Positions 57,155-64,000 of a stretch of DNA of 64,000 nucleotides are shown here, piece by piece. Source of the stretch: Bacteroidales bacterium (lineage in GTDB: Bacteria > Bacteroidota > Bacteroidia > Bacteroidales > UBA4181); the NCBI GenBank assembly GCA_031547085.1, contig JAVBSH010000085.1:21579-85578 (forward strand), read 5' to 3'. The notes under the pieces are model-generated. The model did not search any database and had not been told where the DNA came from. It saw only the letters and a program-made list of their open reading frames with translations. The stretch's first letter is position 1. Each line of letters starts with the position of its first letter. The translations under genes and the position numbers were made by a program.

Positions 57155-58591
57155 TTACAGTATCGGCGAGAAGAAACGCATAATCGTTTGCAAGACTTTT
57201 TTCCACCACGGGCGGCGGAGCCACGCTTCTGATGAGATTTCCCGGCAACCCGCCATGTCATTCACAAAAATCTCGTGATTGCGAGCGGCCACTTCCGTAT
57301 CGTACATGAATGAGTTGATCTCGAAATTCAACTCCAGGCTACGGTAGTCAAGGTTCGAGGAGCCAATGATTGAAAGATAGTCGTCGATAACCATGCTCTT
57401 GGCATGGCTAAAATAGCCCTGTATCTCGTGAATGTGTATGCCTGCCGCAAGGACTTCTTCATAACCCGCTTGAATAGCCCAATCCATAAACGCGAAATCA
57501 GATTTACGCGAAAGCATCAGCCGTACCTCCACACCACTTAGCGCAGCCGTCTTGAGCGCCCTCATCACCGGATCGGTAGGCAGAAAATAAGGGGTCTGAA
57601 TATAGATGTATTTTTTCGCGTTCTCAATAGCGCTGACCACGGCAAGGGCGTAATAGGGGAAAACCGCGTCGGGCGCTTCGGGCACGATCTGCATCAGGTT
57701 CTCTGAAAATTTCTCCTGCATAGGGAAATAATCCGCGAAACTGCTTTCGGGCAACTTCCCACCCGAATCGCACCACGCCTGGAAAAAGTTCATCTGAAGG
57801 CTATGTACCCCTTGTCCGTGCAGGCGCAGGTGTACGTCGCGCCAGCGCTGCGTCTGCTTAGTGATATTCATTCCCCCGACGTATCCCACCCGGCCGTCAA
57901 TAACCACCAGTTTGCGGTGGTTGCGGTTGTTGAGACTGCGGTGTATGCTAGACAGGGAGAGTTTGAAGAACGGATTGACTTCCACCCCGCTACCGCGCAT
58001 TTTATTGTAATACGCGGGCAAGATGTCAATGTTGGCAATGTTGTCATAAATGAAGCGTACCTTAACCCCTTCGGCGGCTTTACGTATCAGTATCTCGCGG
58101 ATACGGCGGCTGATCTCATCCCGGCGGAACAGGAAATACTCGAAATGGATGTGTTCCTTCGCATTTTCGAGGTCTTCGATCAGCATTTCCAGCTTACAGT
58201 TACCGTCAGTAATAATCTCCACCCGGCTTCCGTAAAGCACCCGCGAGTGGTTGTTGCCCGCTAGCAGCGTCACAAGGCGGTGGTACGAGGGATCAATCCG
58301 GTTGAAATGCTTGTCGAACTCCTTCGTGTAAGCTTCCACATTGTCGGAAAGCAACGGAACCACCCTTTCAAAGAATTTCCGACGGTTTTTCTCCGTGTCA
58401 CCGATACGCCTACGGTCGAAACCGAACACATAATAGAGGATTACTCCCAGGACCGGCAGGAAAACAATCACTGCCAGCCATGCCAGAGAATTACCAGGAT
58501 TCGAGTTAGAACGGTCCGTAATAATGATCAGCAACGTGACCACAAACAGCAGTACGTAGCATCCCGTCAATATCCATTGGAGTATTTCCAT
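57155..58591 (-). CDS. cls: cardiolipin synthase
   Basis: Two HKD motifs (NHRKLVVIDG, HAKSMVID), IQTPYF, N-terminal TM pair. Confidence 0.93.
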   Translation of the reverse strand: MEILQWILTGCYVLLFVVTLLIIITDRSNSNPGNSLAWLAVIVFLPVLGVILYYVFGFDRRRIGDTEKNRRKFFERVVPLLSDNVEAYTKEFDKHFNRIDPSYHRLVTLLAGNNHSRVLYGSRVEIITDGNCKLEMLIEDLENAKEHIHFEYFLFRRDEISRRIREILIRKAAEGVKVRFIYDNIANIDILPAYYNKMRGSGVEVNPFFKLSLSSIHRSLNNRNHRKLVVIDGRVGYVGGMNITKQTQRWRDVHLRLHGQGVHSLQMNFFQAWCDSGGKLPESSFADYFPMQEKFSENLMQIVPEAPDAVFPYYALAVVSAIENAKKYIYIQTPYFLPTDPVMRALKTAALSGVEVRLMLSRKSDFAFMDWAIQAGYEEVLAAGIHIHEIQGYFSHAKSMVIDDYLSIIGSSNLDYRSLELNFEINSFMYDTEVAARNHEIFVNDMAGCREISSEAWLRRPWWKKVLQTIMRFFSPIL

Positions 58592-58597
58592 CAGTAA

Positions 58598-61252
58598 CTA
58601 TTTCTTGGTAACTAACCTTTTGATCCCTTTCAACAGTTCCATGATAGGCAACGGGGCCAGTGACAGGCCCACTACCCACCACCATTGCGTACTGGTTAGC
58701 GTAGTCAGGTGGAACACATCGTGCAAGGAGGGAATTTCGAGTACGGTCAGCATCAGCACGCATACCAACAGGATAGCCCCGAGCAGGTGCTTATTGCTGA
58801 ACATATTAGCAAATGCCGAACGGTAGGTAGAGCGTACATTAAACACATGAGCCATTTGCGAGAAGGCCAGTACAGCGAAAGTCATAGTCTGGGCGGTTTC
58901 AATGCTGGTCTGCATCCCAACGCAGAACGCGGTCAGAGATAAAAGGCCGATCATGGTACCTTGCAGGAACACGCGTATGGAGAATGTACGGTTCATGATG
59001 CTTTGCTTCGAGTTGACCGGACTGCGGCGCATCGTGTCCGGTGCCGCCGGGTCGATGCTCAGGGCCAGGGCGGGGAAGCTGTCAGTCACCAGATTGATCC
59101 ATAGGATGTGAATCGGTAGCAGCGGGGTAGCCCAGTTCGCCAGCACGGCGATGAACAACACCACTACCTCACCAATGTTGGTTGAAAGCATAAATTGAAT
59201 AGCTTTCAGGATGTTGTCATAGATACGGCGACCTTCTTCCACGGCGGTAACTACAGTCGCGAAATTATCATCCGTAAGCACGATGTCGGCAGCTTCTTTC
59301 GACACGTCAGTGCCGGTGATACCCATTGCGCAGCCAATGTCGGCCAGCTTGAGTGCCGGAGCATCGTTCACCCCGTCACCGGTCATGGCTACAATCTCCC
59401 CCTGGCTTTGGAACGCCTTCACAATGCGTACCTTATGCTCGGGCGATACACGGGCGTAGACAGCAATCTTGTGGACGTTCCTTCGCAACTCTTCATCACT
59501 CATTTGTTCCACTTCGGCTCCGGTGTGCGCCTCCTCACCTGGCTTCATGATACCCAGTGCGGAAGCAATGGCGGTAGCGGTAATCTTGTGGTCACCCGTA
59601 ATCATCACCGGCTTAATACCTGCCGTGCGGCACAGCGCCACGGCGGGTTTCACTTCAGGACGTGGCGGGTCTATCATACCCACCATGCCCAGGAACGTAA
59701 GTTCGGTCTCCAGCGTGTCCGGCTCCAGCTTTTCGGGCAGGGTATTCACACTCTTCGAGGCCATTGCCAATACCCGGAGTGCTTTTTGCGCCATTTGCAG
59801 ATTGGCTTGGCGGATCGTTTCCTTATGCGCCTCGGTAATGGGAATTACCGCTCCCTCGTACATGATATGGGTACAGCGGGTCAGCAGTTCGTCCAAGCCT
59901 CCCTTAGTGCAAACTTCCAGCGTGCCGCTACGCCGGTGGACAGTCGTCATCAGCTTGCGTTCCGAATCAAACGGAATTTCAGCCACCCGGTTACGCTGCG
60001 CGTCTATTTCATTCTTATTAATATTGTATTTCAGCCCCAAGTCTACGAGCGCTGTTTCAGTGGGATCCCCTGCTGTTTTGTGGACGCCGTTTTCGAAAGA
60101 AAGCTTGGTGTCATTAGCCAGTGTAGCAACCTCGATGAGCTGTCGTAGTTCGTCACTACCCAGACCGGCTTCGGGTTGCAGATCCTCGGTTCGGCCATTG
60201 GTGAATGTTTTAACTACCGTCATACGGTTCTGGGTGAGCGTCCCCGTCTTGTCCGAACAGATGATGGTAGTACTCCCCAGGGTTTCCACGGCAGGTAACG
60301 TACGTACGATGGCATTTTTCTTTACCAAACGCTGTACACCCACCGCTAGTACGATTGTAGATACGGCGGGTAGTCCTTCGGGAATAGCGGCGGCGGCAAG
60401 GCTCACAGCTGTCATGAACATCTCCAGCAGGGGCTTGCCGTTGAGCAAGCCTACGGCGAAGATCACCACACAGATACCCAGCGCCCCAATGCCGAGGAAT
60501 TTACCCAGTTGGTCGAGTTTCTGTTGCATCGGTGTTTTCATGTCCGGGACGGACTGTATGAGCGAGGCGATCTTCCCCACTTCGGTATTCATACCCGTAC
60601 CGATAACGATTCCTTTCCCACGCCCATAAGTGACAATACTGGACGAAAAACCAAGGTTGTCCCGATCGCCCAGGGGGACGTTACTTTCCGTAATGGCATT
60701 GGTGAATTTCTCTTCGGGCACAGACTCACCCGTAAGTGCGGAATCCTGGACTTTGAGGTTGATAGCCTCGACCAAACGCAGGTCGGCGGGAATAGCATCA
60801 CCCGTATCGAGCAACACGACATCGCCGGGTACCAACTCCCGTGACTCGATCACCTGTACCTGTCCGTCGCGTATGACTTTACATTGCGGTACAGTCATTT
60901 TCTCCAGCGCTTCGAGCGATTGTTCTGCTTTGGCTTCCTGAGCCACGCCTATGATGGCATTGATAATGACGATGGCCAGAATGATGATGGCATCTGTAAA
61001 TCCTTCGCCATGCAGGTAGCCTATCACGCCGGAAATGGCCGCTGCTACCAGCAATACAATGATCATGAAACTCTTGAACTGCTCAAAAAATTTGACTATC
61101 AGGCCTTTCTTTTTCTTTTTCTCGAATTCGTTGTAGCCATATTTTTCAATACGCTTATGGATCTCTTCTGAAGTCAGTCCATGGTTAAGCGAAGTGGAGA
61201 ATTCTCTTTCGACCTCCTGTACGCTCAGGTTGTAAAACATTGCTTTTTCCAT
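58598..61252 (-). CDS. P-type IIA calcium-translocating ATPase
   Basis: LTGES, IPEGL, DKTGTLT, MITGDH, GDGVNDAPAL, WINLVTD. Confidence 0.95.
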   Translation of the reverse strand: MEKAMFYNLSVQEVEREFSTSLNHGLTSEEIHKRIEKYGYNEFEKKKKKGLIVKFFEQFKSFMIIVLLVAAAISGVIGYLHGEGFTDAIIILAIVIINAIIGVAQEAKAEQSLEALEKMTVPQCKVIRDGQVQVIESRELVPGDVVLLDTGDAIPADLRLVEAINLKVQDSALTGESVPEEKFTNAITESNVPLGDRDNLGFSSSIVTYGRGKGIVIGTGMNTEVGKIASLIQSVPDMKTPMQQKLDQLGKFLGIGALGICVVIFAVGLLNGKPLLEMFMTAVSLAAAAIPEGLPAVSTIVLAVGVQRLVKKNAIVRTLPAVETLGSTTIICSDKTGTLTQNRMTVVKTFTNGRTEDLQPEAGLGSDELRQLIEVATLANDTKLSFENGVHKTAGDPTETALVDLGLKYNINKNEIDAQRNRVAEIPFDSERKLMTTVHRRSGTLEVCTKGGLDELLTRCTHIMYEGAVIPITEAHKETIRQANLQMAQKALRVLAMASKSVNTLPEKLEPDTLETELTFLGMVGMIDPPRPEVKPAVALCRTAGIKPVMITGDHKITATAIASALGIMKPGEEAHTGAEVEQMSDEELRRNVHKIAVYARVSPEHKVRIVKAFQSQGEIVAMTGDGVNDAPALKLADIGCAMGITGTDVSKEAADIVLTDDNFATVVTAVEEGRRIYDNILKAIQFMLSTNIGEVVVLFIAVLANWATPLLPIHILWINLVTDSFPALALSIDPAAPDTMRRSPVNSKQSIMNRTFSIRVFLQGTMIGLLSLTAFCVGMQTSIETAQTMTFAVLAFSQMAHVFNVRSTYRSAFANMFSNKHLLGAILLVCVLMLTVLEIPSLHDVFHLTTLTSTQWWWVVGLSLAPLPIMELLKGIKRLVTKK

Positions 61253-61307
61253 TTCGATATGATGTTATGTTATTATTTCGCAATGTTTGCACAGAGCAAA
61301 CGCTCAG

Positions 61308-61315
61308 CAAAGATA
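61308..61315 (-). promoter_or_regulatory. Bacteroidetes -7 promoter box for ATPase-cls
   Basis: TATCTTTG on the minus strand ~55 nt upstream of the ATG. Confidence 0.55.
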
Positions 61316-61721
61316 TATTTTTTTCTTATTATTCACGTTTTCACTCCAAAATTTGATCCGTTATTCGGTGAAAAACAGTTCTCACCGGTTCTGGATGGGT
61401 TGCCAGCAGCCCTCAGCACTCCTACAGTTGAAATAAAAAAATCCAGGTCATTGCTGTCCCATTAAAATCTGAAATAATTCTTTGAAACACTTGAAACGTA
61501 GTTAGTTACAGAGGTTTTCCAAGTAAACGGACTTGAAATCGTAGCTCTGCATCAGATTAATCTGATAACATGTGGCTAAAAACAGGACCCTTATTCTATA
61601 CCTTGTAGCTAACTAATTCTCAAATAACAAAGAACGATTTGGACCCAATGGACCAAGTTTATTCAATTCTTGATAACGTCCTAATTTTAATGGGACACTA
61701 GTGAATCCAGGTAATAGGTAA

Positions 61722-61754
61722 GCGCATCTTGGGCTTTTACAGCCCAAGATGCGC
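61722..61754. terminator. hairpin terminator
   Basis: GCGCATCTTGGGCT-TTTAC-AGCCCAAGATGCGC downstream of the OMP gene. Confidence 0.7.
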
Positions 61755-61814
61755 ATTTCTCAATGAAGACAGAATAAAGGTGTGCCCTGATTACGAAGAA
61801 TTCTATTAACCGGT

Positions 61815-62411
61815 TTAGAATCTGGCAAACAAGCCCGCATTGATGATACCATTATACCCGAATCCGGCTTCAACGTAGAAACCGAATTTGTTTCCCACTT
61901 GAGCACATAGAGGAGAAACCTGGAAGTTAAAAAACGGACTGTTTTCGAACGTAGCTTTGCCATTCTCTTCTAGTTTTTGTCTGTTAACAGTCAAGCCGGC
62001 GCCGGCAAAACCATACAATCTAAAATTTTTCATGTTAAGGTACTTATACTCCACCTCAGGAGCAGCCGTTAAATAATTGTTTGCGACTGTCCCGGATTTC
62101 TTTCCATCAAAATTAACATCCGACTTTAGAAGGCTGTAGGCCAAAGTGCCTCCAATGGACAACCGTGTGTTCAACGCACGCCTGTAGGTCAGGGAGTAAT
62201 TCCCCAGCGACCTGTCGTTTGATACGGAATAGGCCCCTCCTGTCAGGGCAGTGCTGAAAAGATCAGAATAGCTGCTGATGAGATCATTACTACTCCAAAG
62301 GCCCACACCGCCTCTTAGTTCATTCCTTTTGAAATCCGTACCGGATTCCTGTGCACGCATTGTGGTTGTCATAAGAAGCCCAAACACACAATAAAAGATA
62401 AATTTATTCAT
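61815..62411 (-). CDS. outer-membrane beta-barrel protein
   Basis: Signal peptide, amphipathic strands, FYVEAGFGYNG..ARF with terminal Phe. Confidence 0.8.
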   Translation of the reverse strand: MNKFIFYCVFGLLMTTTMRAQESGTDFKRNELRGGVGLWSSNDLISSYSDLFSTALTGGAYSVSNDRSLGNYSLTYRRALNTRLSIGGTLAYSLLKSDVNFDGKKSGTVANNYLTAAPEVEYKYLNMKNFRLYGFAGAGLTVNRQKLEENGKATFENSPFFNFQVSPLCAQVGNKFGFYVEAGFGYNGIINAGLFARF

Positions 62412-62451
62412 ACGATTAAACGTTAGATTGTAAATGAATATTGTTAATTAT

Positions 62452-62976
62452 CTAAACTCTTCCAAGCACTTCTTTCCCATCGGGAGAAAGCACAAATATT
62501 TCTCTTCGTTCCAGCGAAGCATGGGCCCACGGAATGCTGATGCTATACCTGCACGTAACATATACAGCAAGCAGCGTATCAGCGTTCAAATCACCGTAAT
62601 ACCCCTCTTTTACAGGATTTATCTTTTTCAACGATTCAATTCGCTGCTTCGAAAGCCTGATATTTTGTTGATATAGTTCTATCATCATTACATTACTCTT
62701 CATGGAAACCAGTTCGTACTCCAAATGCTTTTTCATGAGTAGTAAAGTAGCCTCTTCAGCGGCAATGGCCTTTCTCTTTTCTTCCTCGGCGTCACTATTG
62801 AGTGCGCAGATACCATCGTTCACAGTACAAATCCTTGTTTCCATCGAAAGAATCTGGAGTTTCAGGTCCGTCCGGATACCCTGCTTTTCTCGCTGGATAA
62901 AGTCGGTTATTATCTGTTCGTACTCTTTTTCTATGGCCGAACAGGATGCTAAAATCGTTAATGCTACTATTGACAT
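62452..62976 (-). CDS. hypothetical lipoprotein (paralog of 53614-54183)
   Basis: Lipobox LASC; shared motifs with 53614-54183. Confidence 0.65.
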   Translation of the reverse strand: MSIVALTILASCSAIEKEYEQIITDFIQREKQGIRTDLKLQILSMETRICTVNDGICALNSDAEEEKRKAIAAEEATLLLMKKHLEYELVSMKSNVMMIELYQQNIRLSKQRIESLKKINPVKEGYYGDLNADTLLAVYVTCRYSISIPWAHASLERREIFVLSPDGKEVLGRV

Positions 62977-63150
62977 AATTTCGATTCATTAAGTTCTGGT
63001 CGCAAAGCTATAGAAAAAGGGTATTTGGATGAATCCCGATAAAACAAGAAAGTATGATAACGTAAAAACGGGAGTCTTTTTCAGAAAATTAAAGTCCGGA
63101 TTTGTCTCCCGGAAAGGATGTATAATGCTATATATCAACGCATAGCACAG

Positions 63151-63927
63151 TTACTCTTCATCCGGTCTGATTTGTGTGGTATATTGATAGGGAGTATACC
63201 CCGTCACTCTCTTAAACTCGGTAAAAAAGACACTTCTTGATTTAAAACCCGATTTATCGGCATAGTATTCCACCACGCGCCCCGGCTTTTTCTTCATCAA
63301 CTCTACCGAATACTGTACACGGTAGGTATTAATAAATGCGTAGAAGTTCGTCTCGAATTCGCGGTTCAGTGTTTGCGAAATGTACGAACGATTGGTGTTC
63401 ATAGCAAAAGCCAAGTCCTGCAATTTCAGGTCTTTATTAAGGTAAGGTTTCCGTTCCTCCACGTATTTCAGAATTCTTTTCTTCAGAATCTCGTTTTTGC
63501 CGAGGCATCCGGTTGTCTCGTTTTCGTTTCCGGTTTCCGTCATTTCATCTTCGGACCCTGTAACTTCGTCTGTGGGTGCAGCATTTTTCGATTCGGCTAG
63601 AGATGAGTAAATTCGAATGTGTTGTAGGCCGAACGAATAGAAATAAAAAAGAAGAACAGGAATGATACACACATAGGTAATAGCAAAAAACTCACTGCTG
63701 GTGACTATCCCCCATATATTGAACACACACAGAAAACAGAGCACACATACAAGTGACAGCATACTTTTACAGTCAATCGGATTTTCCAGCCTGTAACCCG
63801 ACCGGATCAGGTAGCAATAATTACGGTAACCAACCACCAAATGATAAATCACCCTTGTTTGGTAAATGAGCAGGTATATTGTTGTCAAAAGCAAGAGAAT
63901 TATCGAAGGGATATGCAGGTTTTCCAT
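63151..63927 (-). CDS. membrane-anchored AraC family regulator
   Basis: N-terminal TMs; PYLNKDLKL.DLA..TNRSYIS, F..FIN.YRV, SGFKS.S.F..FK..TG.TP. Confidence 0.88.
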   Translation of the reverse strand: MENLHIPSIILLLLTTIYLLIYQTRVIYHLVVGYRNYCYLIRSGYRLENPIDCKSMLSLVCVLCFLCVFNIWGIVTSSEFFAITYVCIIPVLLFYFYSFGLQHIRIYSSLAESKNAAPTDEVTGSEDEMTETGNENETTGCLGKNEILKKRILKYVEERKPYLNKDLKLQDLAFAMNTNRSYISQTLNREFETNFYAFINTYRVQYSVELMKKKPGRVVEYYADKSGFKSRSVFFTEFKRVTGYTPYQYTTQIRPDEE

Positions 63928-64000
63928 GTAAGCGGGAATCGTCCTTATATCCGGCCTCCAGCCATAAGTAAGGTCAACTACGAAAGTGGCAAGCAGAAAG

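Noticed and set aside
59195-60941. Long plus-strand ORFs (317 and 386 aa)
   Set aside because: Antisense shadows of the P-type ATPase gene, with no independent motifs.

Overview
Bacteroidales-type DNA (TAnnTTTG promoters, RteC, Mfa1/Mfa2 pilins; the taxon is inferred). 1-6 kb: tightly packed small genes (four GNATs, DUF1905, DUF3795, YjbR) and an EstT/EstX-like hydrolase. 6-13 kb: an RNA-repair locus. On the minus strand it runs Ro60/TROVE -> ~850 bp non-coding block -> rtcB -> two Pol-beta (RlaP/YcgL-type) nucleotidyltransferases, with a divergent M23-WYL unit and a palindromic operator. The non-coding block is the most striking feature. It is a tandem array of five Y-RNA-like hairpins that share one basal stem but carry different tRNA-derived modules, plus a 197-nt tRNA-framed RNA (acceptor stem, D arm, T arm, encoded CCA) with ~143 nt in place of the anticodon/variable region. 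17-57 kb: an ICE-derived island. It holds DUF3945/DUF4099 genes, a degenerate split topoisomerase III, a PRTRC E-C-F-B-ThiF ubiquitin-like module, DUF1254/DUF1214 cassettes (one bracketed by a diverged thiF repeat), a tyrosine recombinase with a 1.2-kb candidate invertible promoter/AraC switch before a type V pilus operon, RteC, and two RibD-C/DHFR-like genes preceded by the same structured leader. 57-64 kb: cls, a P-type Ca-ATPase, an OMP and an AraC gene. All family calls come from motif recognition by eye; no searches were run.
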